Both the position numbers and the translations under genes were made by a program. Shown piece after piece: positions 34,568-44,205 of a stretch of 52,254 bases of DNA. How positions within the stretch are numbered: the first letter of the stretch is position 1; each line of letters opens with the position of its first letter. The notes beneath the pieces are model-generated. The model was not told where the DNA came from and did not search any database. It saw only the letters and a program-made list of their open reading frames with translations. The DNA is from an uncultured Candidatus Saccharibacteria bacterium (lineage in GTDB: Bacteria > Patescibacteriota > Doudnabacteria > UBA920), in contig CAYVNU010000001.1 of the NCBI GenBank assembly GCA_964453265.1, forward strand, positions 52,022 to 104,275. Direction: 5' to 3'.

Positions 34568-35547
34568 ACACAGAAAAAAAATGCGTGGTTTTAACCACGA
34601 TCAATCCTGCTGAAAATAATGCTTTAACAGATTTTGCTAAATTGGAAGACTTTGATTTAATAATTGCCGGAGATAAAAAAACTCCTTCTAGCTATGATTT
34701 AAATTGCGCGTATGTTTCTATTTCAGAACAGCAAAAAAGTTTTCCGTCTTTTTTTGACTTGATTCCTTTTAACCATTATTCCCGCAAAAATTTTGGGTAT
34801 TTGCATGCTATTCGCGAGGGTTACAATATAATTGCTGACTCTGATGATGATAATTATTATTACGGTCAGTGGTTTGTCGTGCCACCAAAAGACGCTTTGC
34901 AGCAAACAATAGTTGCTCCTAAGTACCCGAATATTTATTCGGTTTTTTCCAAGGAACATATTTGGCCGCGCGGCTATCCTTTAGATTTGATTTTAAAAAA
35001 CGACGAAATTAAATATTCGTCCCAGCAGTCTAATGTTTTGGTATGGCAAGGGCTGGTTAATGGCGACACGGACGTTGATGCAATTTATCGTTTGGTAAAC
35101 GGTAAGGAAATTACTTTTGAAGAAAATAAATTTGTAGTTTTAGAGCAAGGAGTTATTTCGCCTTTTAATTCCCAAAATACTCTCTGGCAGAAACCAGCTT
35201 TTTATTTGTTGTATTTGCCAGTTACCGTAACCTTTCGGTTTACTGATATTCTGCGCTCTTTTGTTGCGCAGTTTGGCTTATGGGCTTTGGGAGGCAGACT
35301 GGGTTTTATGTCTCCAAACGCGATTCAAAAAAGAAACGTTCATAATTTAATGAGAGATTTTGCGGACGAAATCCCGGTTTATAATTCCTTTTATTCGGTT
35401 ATGCAAAGTTTGGAAAAATGTCAGTTAAAAGGCGAGCCGGAAGATCTATATACAATGTATTCGGAACTTAATAAAGCGGGGATAGTTAAAGAAAGCGAAC
35501 TTTCTTCTGTAAGGGAATGGCTTAAATTGTATAATCAATTCAAGTAA
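34564..35547 (+). CDS. STELLO-like (DUF288) putative glycosyltransferase
   Basis: VVLTTINP...IIAGDKKTP...FNHYSRKNFGYLHAIREGYNIIADSDDDN matches the DUF288 pattern. Confidence 0.6.
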   Translation: MNTEKKCVVLTTINPAENNALTDFAKLEDFDLIIAGDKKTPSSYDLNCAYVSISEQQKSFPSFFDLIPFNHYSRKNFGYLHAIREGYNIIADSDDDNYYYGQWFVVPPKDALQQTIVAPKYPNIYSVFSKEHIWPRGYPLDLILKNDEIKYSSQQSNVLVWQGLVNGDTDVDAIYRLVNGKEITFEENKFVVLEQGVISPFNSQNTLWQKPAFYLLYLPVTVTFRFTDILRSFVAQFGLWALGGRLGFMSPNAIQKRNVHNLMRDFADEIPVYNSFYSVMQSLEKCQLKGEPEDLYTMYSELNKAGIVKESELSSVREWLKLYNQFK

Positions 35548-35550
35548 AAA

Positions 35551-36609
35551 ATGAAAAATATTTTATCCGTCCAAACTTTTATCATGTCAGGCCCGGAAAC
35601 TTACTGGGACTATAGGGATTATGTGTTTTGTCTTTGTTCCAGCAAATTTTTGAAAAACCAAGTTATTAGATTTAATGTAGAGCGAGGTACTGAATGGCTA
35701 GATGAGCTTAAATTGGCCGCTGGCAGCCAAGGCTTTGAAGATTTCAAAATTACCGGTATAAAGCCGGAAAGCTGGTCAAGTTATATGCTTGAGCAAATTG
35801 GGCAAAATCCCTCTACTTGGGTTTTTCCTTTTCCCGGAGATCATATTTACGTACATCCCGATACGGAGTATTTAACTAAGTGTCTAAAAGCCGCGGAACA
35901 ATATCAAGTTCAGGCGGTCAGTTTTGGCCATAACCAAGACTGGGATTATTTTTTAGATTGGCGTCGTATAAAAATTATTGAAAATAATTCCGATTTTGTA
36001 ATTATTGAGTGGGGGAATAAACACAGGTTTTGTAAAAATCGCAATATAATACAACAAGTGCAGGATAAAATAGGAAAATTTGTTACTATGCCGCCGGTGC
36101 CTGGTTTTATGATTTTAAAAAGTGATTTTTTTAGCGAAATTTTAAAGTCTGTTCCGAAAGCTAAGCGTTGGCAAGATATGGAATATGCTTCCTGTCGCGC
36201 TGCCTGGAGTTATCGAGTTTTAATACCTAAACAATATTTATACAGGCATGTTCATGGCTATTGGCTGGAATATTATTTTGAAGTTTTAAATGGCAGAAGG
36301 CAACTTTTGCCTACAGACAGGGAAATTTTGGATTCCATGTATATTAAAACGAATTATGATTGGAAGACAGACTCTCCAAAGAGCTCCGAGTATTTTGAAA
36401 AGTGCTTGCAAGCATGGCCTTTAATTGCAAAATATACAGCCAAAGCCCAACTCGATGAATGGGAAAACTTTTCTCCTTTTAACAATGGTTTTAAACAAGA
36501 CTTGGATTTTTTACAAAAATTTTTAAATACTTTCAATCTTAATATTACCGATAATATTAGAAGAATTATTGGTTTAACCGTAAGTAATTTAAAAAGAATT
36601 TGGAAGTAA
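35551..36609 (+). CDS. hypothetical protein (in glycan operon)
   Basis: 352-aa ORF with no recognisable family. Confidence 0.4.
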   Translation: MKNILSVQTFIMSGPETYWDYRDYVFCLCSSKFLKNQVIRFNVERGTEWLDELKLAAGSQGFEDFKITGIKPESWSSYMLEQIGQNPSTWVFPFPGDHIYVHPDTEYLTKCLKAAEQYQVQAVSFGHNQDWDYFLDWRRIKIIENNSDFVIIEWGNKHRFCKNRNIIQQVQDKIGKFVTMPPVPGFMILKSDFFSEILKSVPKAKRWQDMEYASCRAAWSYRVLIPKQYLYRHVHGYWLEYYFEVLNGRRQLLPTDREILDSMYIKTNYDWKTDSPKSSEYFEKCLQAWPLIAKYTAKAQLDEWENFSPFNNGFKQDLDFLQKFLNTFNLNITDNIRRIIGLTVSNLKRIWK

Positions 36610-36679
36610 AATGCTAAGGGATATTTTTGTTAGTGTGCTGTAAAAAATTTTTGTTTAATTTTATTTAAGGCTTTCAGCT

Positions 36680-38212
36680 ATGGATACCAATTCTCTATCT
36701 TTTAAAACTTTAAGAAATTCCGCCTATTTTTTTACGGGCTATGTTTTGCCAATTCTGGTGGGGATTGTTGTTACTCCTTATGTAATACACAGGCTTGGAG
36801 TGGCGGAATTTGGAATTGTTATTTTGGTCGGCACTATAATGTCTTTTTTGGGTTATTTGGACTTAGGTTTGGGTTTGGCTTTGACTAAGTACGCGGCGGA
36901 ATATAAAGCCCAGGGAAACATTTCAGGCTTTGCTGTTTTGCTCGGTTCGGTTAGGTCTTTGGTTTATATTAACGGAGTTTTAGGTTTGCTAATTTTTTTA
37001 GCCATTGGACAATGGTTATTGCCGGTTTTTCATATTCCAGAACAAAGCCGCGGGCATATGTTTATAGTTTTTTTGCTCGGCGGACTAACTTTTTTATTTA
37101 ATAGTATGAATAGCGCGGCGGTTGGGGTTGTAACAGCTACTCAGCGCTTTGATTTAATAACTAAAATTAATATTGCTAATTTAGTTTTGACTAACATTCT
37201 AACAGTCTTGGCTGTTTACGCCGGCTACCAAGTTAAAGCCATAATGGCAATTAATTTGTTAATTTCAATTTTTGTTTTTGTTTTATATAACATTCTTGAA
37301 CGCAAACTTTTTAACAACGAGGTTTTGAATTTTAACTGGGACTGGGCTGAAATAAAAAAGGCTTATAGGTTTGGTATATTAAGTTTTATAACCAGTTTGT
37401 CAGCCGGTGCTTTGGTATTTTTAGACAGGCTGATTATTCCAATATTTATAAATCCAACTTTTCTTTCTTATTATAGTTTGCCTGGCAACGTAGCTTTAAA
37501 GACCACGGGAATTACCAATAGTTTGTCGGCTATGTTATTTCCAATGGCTAGCGCGCTGCAGGGTGCGGGAGAGAATGAGCGCATGCAGCAAATTTATGCG
37601 CGGGCTTTTAGAAATTTAAGCATAATCGCAGCCGGCATTACAACCGGCATAATATTATTTTCCAGGCATATTTTGACTTTTTGGCTGGGCAGTGACTTTG
37701 CCGACCGAGGTACAGGTATTTTAGTAATTTTAGCTTTAACAAATTATTTAGTCAGTCTATATATTCCGCTGCAAAGCATGCTTATGGGTTTGGGAGAGTT
37801 AAAATTTTTAGTAAAACAGTCGGTGGTTATGGCTTTGTTAAATTTAGTTTTGCTTTTATTTTTTGTTCCAAAAATGGGTATTATTGGAGCTGCCTGGGCG
37901 TATTTGGCCGCAATATTGCCTGTGGTTTATGCTTTTTATTGGGTAGAGAAAAAACTTTTTAAGCTGACAGAGCGCGCAAGTTATTATACAAAATTTTATT
38001 TTGGTCTGCTGGTAACTGCTTTAGCCGTGGCTGCTGTTGTTAAATTTGCTGTTTTACCTTTTGTTAATTCAGTCTATTTGTTGGTATTTGCCGGTCCATT
38101 AACTGTCTTGCTTTATTATTTAGCCTATTATTTATTCGGGTTTATGGATCAGTCGGATGTTGAAATTTTTAAAAGTTTTATTTTTAAAGTAATTAGGCTA
38201 AAGTTTAAATAA
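36680..38212 (+). CDS. Wzx-like oligosaccharide flippase (MOP superfamily)
   Basis: 510 aa with about 12-14 TM helices. The N-terminal NS.YFF.GY...I...V.TPY pattern is typical of polysaccharide biosynthesis flippases. Confidence 0.75.
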   Translation: MDTNSLSFKTLRNSAYFFTGYVLPILVGIVVTPYVIHRLGVAEFGIVILVGTIMSFLGYLDLGLGLALTKYAAEYKAQGNISGFAVLLGSVRSLVYINGVLGLLIFLAIGQWLLPVFHIPEQSRGHMFIVFLLGGLTFLFNSMNSAAVGVVTATQRFDLITKINIANLVLTNILTVLAVYAGYQVKAIMAINLLISIFVFVLYNILERKLFNNEVLNFNWDWAEIKKAYRFGILSFITSLSAGALVFLDRLIIPIFINPTFLSYYSLPGNVALKTTGITNSLSAMLFPMASALQGAGENERMQQIYARAFRNLSIIAAGITTGIILFSRHILTFWLGSDFADRGTGILVILALTNYLVSLYIPLQSMLMGLGELKFLVKQSVVMALLNLVLLLFFVPKMGIIGAAWAYLAAILPVVYAFYWVEKKLFKLTERASYYTKFYFGLLVTALAVAAVVKFAVLPFVNSVYLLVFAGPLTVLLYYLAYYLFGFMDQSDVEIFKSFIFKVIRLKFK

Positions 38213-38217
38213 TTTTT

Positions 38218-39090
38218 ATGTCAGACAGAGCTTTAATTACCAGCGCTTCAAATAAATATTTTCCTTCGCTAGTTAATTTGCTTGGATCTATTAAAGCAAA
38301 TTATCCCAAGCATCCGAAAATTTATATTTACGACTTGGGGCTTTTTTGGACTTTTAGGAAAGAATTAGAATTGCTAGAGAATGTGCAAGTTGTGAAAATG
38401 CCTAAGTTTTGTGCTTTTTGGCGCAGCTGTTATACCTGGAAAACTTATATTTTTAATAATCCTTTTGCTGCTCTAAATTTTTATTTAGATGCCGGCTGCC
38501 AAGTCTTGCGTCCTCTTGATGAGATTTTTGAAAAAATTGACCAGGATGAATTATTTGTCATTGGTCAGGGTGTAAAGTTTAAAGATATTGTGCCACAAGA
38601 GTATAAGTCGGTTTTTGAACTTTCTGAGGAATATAACGACAAAGAAGCATTGCATGCCGGAGAGTTTGGTTTTAAAAATTCAGCTCTAACTAAAAGTCTT
38701 TTACAAAAAGTTTTTGATTGCGGTTTGGCCGGTTTGGCTTTAGGATTTTCTCCGGGCGACGCATGGCGCAATAAGGGTAAAGACAAAAACATTTTTGTCA
38801 GGCAGTGTAAAATTTTTAGGCACGATTTAACTCTTTTAAATATTATTTTAAGAAAATATTTTGGAAATAATTTAAATGTTCATTCTGTAGAGCAATATGC
38901 CGGAGGTTTTAAAGCACATCATAATCAGTACATTTGGCATTTGAGAATGAATTTTAAAAAGCTTGATTTTACAGCTTTAAATTTTTTACACACCGGTTTT
39001 GTCTGGCAAGCTAGGTTTAATAGGGTGGTTATTGGCGCAATGCTTTTAGTTAAAAATTTTAAAGCCATGTTAAGACAGCTTAAACAATAG
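38218..39090 (+). CDS. hypothetical protein, possibly a GT-A-type nucleotide-sugar transferase
   Basis: The LITSASNKYFPSLVNLLGSI start resembles GT8/GT77-like transferases. The match is weak. Confidence 0.35.
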   Translation: MSDRALITSASNKYFPSLVNLLGSIKANYPKHPKIYIYDLGLFWTFRKELELLENVQVVKMPKFCAFWRSCYTWKTYIFNNPFAALNFYLDAGCQVLRPLDEIFEKIDQDELFVIGQGVKFKDIVPQEYKSVFELSEEYNDKEALHAGEFGFKNSALTKSLLQKVFDCGLAGLALGFSPGDAWRNKGKDKNIFVRQCKIFRHDLTLLNIILRKYFGNNLNVHSVEQYAGGFKAHHNQYIWHLRMNFKKLDFTALNFLHTGFVWQARFNRVVIGAMLLVKNFKAMLRQLKQ

Positions 39091-39092
39091 CT

Positions 39093-39121
39093 TTGACCCT
39101 AACAGGCTATTATTGTATAGT
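39093..39121 (+). promoter_or_regulatory. candidate promoter TTGACC-17-TATAGT upstream of rfbF
   Basis: TTGACC at 39093-39098 and TATAGT at 39116-39121. Confidence 0.45.
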
Positions 39122-39154
39122 TTATAATGATTAATCTAAAATAAATAAATCCAT

Positions 39155-39946
39155 ATGAAAGTTGTTATTTTTTGCGGCGGGGAAGGTACCCGCATGAAAG
39201 AAGAGACAGAATTTAAGCCTAAGCCTTTAGTCGAGGTGGGTGGCAAGCCTATACTTTGGCACATTATGAAAATTTACGCTCATTATGGCTATAATGAATT
39301 TATATTGGCTTTAGGCTATAAAGCCAATATGATAAAAGAATATTTTTTAAATTGGCGCACTTTAGCCAATGATTTTACTTTGGAAACCAAAGAACACGAA
39401 ATTATATTTCGGACAAAAAATCACGACGATTTTAAAATAACTTTTGTGGATACCGGCTTAAAGAGTTTAACTGGCGAGCGTTTAAGAAGGCTGGAAAGTT
39501 ATATTGGCGGGGAGGATTTTATGCTTACTTACGGGGACGGTGTTGCCGATATTGATGTGAAAAAATTACACGAATTTCACAATACTCAAAATACCATAGG
39601 GACAATTACCGGCGTAAGGCCACTAACTAAATACGGCATAGTCCACCATAGTAAAGACAGTGGTAAAGTCATTGGGTTTAGTCAAAATTTAGTCGGGGAT
39701 TTTGTAGATAAAGAAAATTATCATGACTTTTTAATTAACGGCGGCTTTATGGTTTTCAAAAATGAAGTCTTTAAACTTTTAAAGCCAAATAGCATGGTAG
39801 AAGAGATTTTTATTCCTATGGCTAAAGATGGACAACTGTCTTTATATCACCATAAAGGCAAATGGAAAGCCATGGATACTTATAAAGATATGGAAGAAAT
39901 GAATAGTTATTGGCAAGAGGATCCTTTTTGGAAAGTCTGGCAGTAA
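39155..39946 (+). CDS. rfbF: glucose-1-phosphate cytidylyltransferase
   Basis: MKVVIFCGGEGTRMKEETEFKPKPLVEVGGKPILWHIMKIYAHYGYNEFILALGYK is near-canonical RfbF/DdhA. Confidence 0.9.
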   Translation: MKVVIFCGGEGTRMKEETEFKPKPLVEVGGKPILWHIMKIYAHYGYNEFILALGYKANMIKEYFLNWRTLANDFTLETKEHEIIFRTKNHDDFKITFVDTGLKSLTGERLRRLESYIGGEDFMLTYGDGVADIDVKKLHEFHNTQNTIGTITGVRPLTKYGIVHHSKDSGKVIGFSQNLVGDFVDKENYHDFLINGGFMVFKNEVFKLLKPNSMVEEIFIPMAKDGQLSLYHHKGKWKAMDTYKDMEEMNSYWQEDPFWKVWQ

Positions 39947-39992
39947 GTAATTGACAAGATTTAAAAGATTGACATAATTTAAATGATTATGG
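39947..39992. repeat. AT-rich ATTGACA repeat block (inverted relative to 40185-40235), contains a promoter-like TTGACA-16-CATAAT
   Basis: The sequence is gtaattgacaagatttaaaagattgacataatttaaatgatt. Its reverse complement shares tgtcaatcttttaaatc (17/17) with 40196-40212. TTGACA lies at 39951-39956 and CATAAT at 39973-39978. Confidence 0.55.
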
Positions 39993-40149
39993 ATTTGGAA
40001 GAAAAATACAGAATCAAATGCTAAGATCCGGAACCGGGATATACATAAATTATAGAGCGGCTTGTAGGTGTAAATCTGCTAAGGAGTTTATTTCCTAGAT
40101 GGGCACTATAATTGAGGAATCCGATGTAGCTTTAGAAACACTCCTATAA
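39989..40149 (+). pseudogene. decayed four-helix-bundle protein gene (23S rRNA intervening-sequence protein family)
   Basis: 40018-40149 reads MLRSGTGIYINYRAACRCKSAKEFIS-stop(TAG 40096)-MGTIIEESDVALETLL. This matches the central LLRSGTSIGANv.EA...sk.dFi.K..I..eE..Et..WLell core of the family. The N-terminal helix is missing or frameshifted. Confidence 0.6.
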
Positions 40150-40184
40150 AAAACCATCCGGTAAAATTGTCTTAAATTAAGTCA

Positions 40185-40235
40185 ATTATTAATCTTGTCA
40201 ATCTTTTAAATCATTTAAATCTTGTCAATCAATCT
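40185..40235. repeat. AT-rich TGTCAAT repeat block abutting ATG 40236
   Basis: aatcttgtcaatc occurs twice. 40198-40235 matches 29664-29701 at 32/38. Confidence 0.6.
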
Positions 40236-41201
40236 ATGAATCATGAATTATCTGGAAAGAACGTGTTGGTTACCGGTGGCGCCGGATTGGTAGGCTCTCA
40301 CGTGGTAGAGAAGCTTTTATCGGTTGGTGCTAAAGTTTTTGTTATGGACTTAAAAGTTCTGCCTGACAGTTATTTTGCGCGCGAGAAATTAAATGAAAAA
40401 TCAGAAATAATTATTCAGGATGTGCGCAATACGCAGGAAGTTATTAATGTAGTAAATAAAAACAACATTGCTTATATTTTTCATTTAGCCGCCCAGCCTT
40501 TAGTTGGGGAAGCTTTGTTAAGTCCGGAACTAACTTTAGATACAAATATAATGGGTACAGTCTCGGTGCTTGAGGCAGCCAGACTTTGCTTAAAGATAAA
40601 AGGCTTAATTGCAGCTTCTTCAGACAAAGCTTATGGAAAAAATTCGTATAATGTTGCAGAAGACCAGCCTATGAGCGGGGATCACCCTTACGATGTCTCA
40701 AAATCCGCGGCTGATTTGATTTGTTTTGCCTATCAGCATACCTACAATTTGCCTATAACAGTCAGCCGGTTTGGTAATATTTTTGGGCCGGGAGATTTGA
40801 ATTTCAGCCGCATTGTGCCGGGGTTTATGGATAGTTTAATAAACGCCAAAAATTTAGAAATACGCAGCGACGGCAGTTTTGTGCGCGATTATGTTTATGT
40901 TAAAGACGTAGCGGACGGTTATGTGGTTTTGGCTGAACAAATTTCCAAAGCCACGGGCCACGCCTTTAATTTTTCCAGCGGGCATAATTTTTCGGTTTTA
41001 GATTTAATTAAAAAAATGGAAGACGTTTTGCAAAAAAAAGTTGGTTATACAATTTTAAATAATCAACAGAATGAAATTCCCGCTCAAAGCTTAAATTTTC
41101 AAAAGGTTAAAGAGCAGCTTGGTTGGCAGCCCAAATATTCATTTGAAGATGGGGTAAAAGAAACTTATGAGTGGTATAAAAAACTTTTACAAAAAAGCTA
41201 A
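40236..41201 (+). CDS. extended SDR, NDP-sugar 4,6-dehydratase/epimerase (CDP-glucose 4,6-dehydratase-like)
   Basis: VLVTGGAGLVGSHV, SSDKAYG and PYDVSKSAADL (YxxxK). It sits directly after rfbF. Confidence 0.6.
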   Translation: MNHELSGKNVLVTGGAGLVGSHVVEKLLSVGAKVFVMDLKVLPDSYFAREKLNEKSEIIIQDVRNTQEVINVVNKNNIAYIFHLAAQPLVGEALLSPELTLDTNIMGTVSVLEAARLCLKIKGLIAASSDKAYGKNSYNVAEDQPMSGDHPYDVSKSAADLICFAYQHTYNLPITVSRFGNIFGPGDLNFSRIVPGFMDSLINAKNLEIRSDGSFVRDYVYVKDVADGYVVLAEQISKATGHAFNFSSGHNFSVLDLIKKMEDVLQKKVGYTILNNQQNEIPAQSLNFQKVKEQLGWQPKYSFEDGVKETYEWYKKLLQKS

Positions 41202-41227
41202 ATTATAAATAAATTAATTTTACGCTT

Positions 41228-42406
41228 ATGAAATATCGTCTAACCAAAGCCGCTAACAATTTAGAAGGCCAGCCAATGTTTAAGGTTTTGGCTCAGGTTA
41301 AAGATTTAGAAAGGCAGGGCGAGGATATTGTTCACTTTGAAATTGGGGATCCGGATTTTAACACCCCGGAAAATATTACTAATGCTGCCATAGAATCTTT
41401 AAAGCGGGGAGAAACCCATTATCAAAGTTCTTACGGTATGACTGAATTTAGAGAACTCGTCAGGGAGACGACTTTGCGCTCTCGCGGTTTTAAGCCTGAC
41501 TTAGACCAGGTACTTATTGCTCCATCTGCTAACATAATTATTTATTACGCTGTAGCATGTTTAGTCGAAGCTGGCGATGAAGTTATTGTGCCAGACCCTT
41601 GTTTTCCGACTTATACAGCAGTTTTAAAATATTTGGGAGTAAAAGCCGTGGGTGTGCCGCTTTTGGAAAAAAATCAGTTTAGAATGAACCCAAAAGACGT
41701 AGAAAGTGCCATTACCGAAAAAACCAGAATGATAATTATGAATTCTCCGCATAATCCCACAGGCGCGGTAATGACTGAGCAGGAAGTTGCGGAAATGGCA
41801 GAAATTGCGGAAAAGCATGACTTATATTTGTATACCGATGAAATTTATTCGCGCATGATTTTTGATGAGCAAAATAGTTTTTATACGCCCGCGAAAAGAG
41901 ATCAATGTAAGCAGCGCACTATTTTAGCTAACGGATTTTCAAAAGCTTATGCTATGACTGGCTGGCGTTTGGGCGTCTGCATTGCTCCGGCAGACGTAAT
42001 TGAAAAGATGGCTTTACTCCTTCAGACTACTTCTTCCTGTACTGCGCCTTTTGTTCAAAGGGCAGGCATGGAGGCAATTTCCGGCAGCCAGGATGCGGTT
42101 AACGCAATGATGGCAGAATATAAACAAAGAAGAAATTTGTTAGTCGAGGGTTTAAATAAAATACCAGGCATTTCTTGTTTAACTCCGGGTGGAGCCTTTT
42201 ACGCGGTACCGAATATTTCTAAAACCGGCATGACTTCTGAGGAATTTGCGAAATTCGCTTTGGAAAAAGCTAAAGTCGCTCTTTTGCCTTTAACCAATTT
42301 CGGCCCAAGCGGAGAAGGTTATGTGCGTTTGTGCTACGCTACTTCCCGCGAAAGGATTTTGGAAGGTTTAAGTCGTTTAGAAAAAGCATTAAAAGAAAGG
42401 AGTTAA
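41228..42406 (+). CDS. class I/II PLP-dependent aminotransferase (AspC-like)
   Basis: NSPHNPTG, YTDEIYSRM and NGFSKAYAMTGWRLG (Lys of SK) are fold-type I class I aminotransferase motifs. Confidence 0.85.
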   Translation: MKYRLTKAANNLEGQPMFKVLAQVKDLERQGEDIVHFEIGDPDFNTPENITNAAIESLKRGETHYQSSYGMTEFRELVRETTLRSRGFKPDLDQVLIAPSANIIIYYAVACLVEAGDEVIVPDPCFPTYTAVLKYLGVKAVGVPLLEKNQFRMNPKDVESAITEKTRMIIMNSPHNPTGAVMTEQEVAEMAEIAEKHDLYLYTDEIYSRMIFDEQNSFYTPAKRDQCKQRTILANGFSKAYAMTGWRLGVCIAPADVIEKMALLLQTTSSCTAPFVQRAGMEAISGSQDAVNAMMAEYKQRRNLLVEGLNKIPGISCLTPGGAFYAVPNISKTGMTSEEFAKFALEKAKVALLPLTNFGPSGEGYVRLCYATSRERILEGLSRLEKALKERS

Positions 42407-42407
42407 T

Positions 42408-44204
42408 ATGCGTGTTGCAGATTATATTACAAAATTTATTGAAGATCTTGGGGTAAAAGATATTTTTACTTTAACCGGCGGCGGTGCAATGTTTTTAAAC
42501 GACGCTGCCGCTCAAAATAAAAATATCCGCAGCGTTTTTAACCATCATGAACAATCTAGTGCCATGGCCGCGTTTGCTTACAGCAAATATACCGGTACTT
42601 GGGGTGCTACTTATGTTACAACAGGTTGCGGAGGAACTAACGCCATAACCGGTTTGCTGGATGCTTGGCAAGATAACGTTCCGGTTTTTTTCATTTCCGG
42701 CCAAGTTAAGCGCGCTGATACAATTTGGAAAATGCAGCAGCCGCTTAGGCAATATGGCGTTCAGGAGGCGGATATTATCCCGGTTGTGCAGTCTTTATGT
42801 AAGTATGCTGTTATGGTTACAGACCCGCAGCAAATTCGCTATCATTTGGAAAAAGCAGCTTATTTGGGAAGTCATGGTAGGCCCGGACCGGTTTGGCTTG
42901 ATATTCCTTCCGATGTACAAGGCGCCATAGTAAATGAAAATGAGTTAGTTGGTTTTAATCCGGAAGAATTAAAATTAGATTACACCACCGAGTGTAGTAG
43001 TCAAGATTTAAAAGAGTTGGAAGAAATGCTAAAAAAAGCCAAGCGGCCGGTAATCGTGGCCGGACATGGAGTCAGACTTTCTCACGCCATACCGGAATTT
43101 AAAAAATTTATTGAAAAATACAATATACCTTTTGTTGGGACTTATTTGGCTACAGATTTTGTGCCAGGCGATCACCCTTTGTTTATTGGCAGGACCGGCC
43201 TTAAAGGTGACAGGGCCGGTAATTTTGCTATGCAAAATTCCGATTTAATTTTATCTATTGGTAGCCGTTTGAGTGTAACAATTATTGGTTATAGTCCTAA
43301 AGATTTTGCTCGCGCGGCAAAAATTGCAGTAGTGGATATTGACCCGCATGAGCATAAGAAAAAAACTATTAACATAGATTTGTTTTTAAATGCTGATGCG
43401 AAATGGTTCTTGGAAAATTTTCAACCCCAAGACTTAAGTGATTTTAAAGAGTGGAGAGAAAAATGTTTGCACTGGAAAAATACTTATCCGGTGTGTTTGC
43501 CGGAGTATGTAAAAAGTAAAGAGGGGATTAATTTGTACCATTTTGTAGATGAACTAAATAAAGTCTTGCCTGAAAACGGGGTTGTGGTGGCGGACGCGGG
43601 TTCTGCCATTTATGTGCCTGCACAAGCCTTTAAGGCTAAAACAAATCAGAGATTAATTCTTTCCGGGGCTCAGGCAGAAATGGGTTTTACTTTGCCGGCA
43701 TGTATAGGTATAAGCGCAGCCAAAAATAAAGGGGAAGTGGTGGGTATAACCGGGGACGGCTCTTTTCAGTTAAATATTCAAGAATTGCAGGTGTTGGTCG
43801 AATATAAATTTCCGGTCAAATTATTTATTTGGAATAATGACGGTTATTTGTCCATTCGTTCGACTCAAACCAGAATTTTTGAAGGAAGGCTTTACGGCAC
43901 TGATCGAACCAACGGCGTTTCTTTGCCGGATACAAAGAAAATTGCCGAGGCCTATGGCTTGCCTTATGTTAAAATTGAAAATCCGGAAAATTTAGCAGAA
44001 AAAATTAACGAGGTTTTAAAAATGCAAGGCCCGGTAGTTTGCGAAGTTATGTGTATTCGCGACCAGGAAATTATCCCGACAGTTTCTTCAAAAAAATTGC
44101 CTGACGGACGCATGGTTTCTAAACCACTCGAAGATTTGTATCCATTTTTAGACCGCCAAATTTTTAAACAGGAAATGATTATAGAACCTTTAGCAGAGGA
44201 ATAA
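42408..44204 (+). CDS. thiamine-diphosphate-dependent enzyme, acetolactate-synthase/YerE-like
   Basis: Three-domain ALS-like layout with the ThDP motif GDGSFQLNIQELQ...WNNDGY. Confidence 0.8.
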   Translation: MRVADYITKFIEDLGVKDIFTLTGGGAMFLNDAAAQNKNIRSVFNHHEQSSAMAAFAYSKYTGTWGATYVTTGCGGTNAITGLLDAWQDNVPVFFISGQVKRADTIWKMQQPLRQYGVQEADIIPVVQSLCKYAVMVTDPQQIRYHLEKAAYLGSHGRPGPVWLDIPSDVQGAIVNENELVGFNPEELKLDYTTECSSQDLKELEEMLKKAKRPVIVAGHGVRLSHAIPEFKKFIEKYNIPFVGTYLATDFVPGDHPLFIGRTGLKGDRAGNFAMQNSDLILSIGSRLSVTIIGYSPKDFARAAKIAVVDIDPHEHKKKTINIDLFLNADAKWFLENFQPQDLSDFKEWREKCLHWKNTYPVCLPEYVKSKEGINLYHFVDELNKVLPENGVVVADAGSAIYVPAQAFKAKTNQRLILSGAQAEMGFTLPACIGISAAKNKGEVVGITGDGSFQLNIQELQVLVEYKFPVKLFIWNNDGYLSIRSTQTRIFEGRLYGTDRTNGVSLPDTKKIAEAYGLPYVKIENPENLAEKINEVLKMQGPVVCEVMCIRDQEIIPTVSSKKLPDGRMVSKPLEDLYPFLDRQIFKQEMIIEPLAEE

Positions 44205-44205
44205 T

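Noticed and set aside
42495-43248. Short ORFs inside the ThDP-enzyme gene (42495-42752, 42661-42930, 43029-43235, 43066-43248), and similar internal ORFs in other genes (19085-19294, 31753-31959, 31996-32184, 49623-49808)
   Set aside because: They are out-of-frame or antisense within strongly supported genes and have no independent signals.
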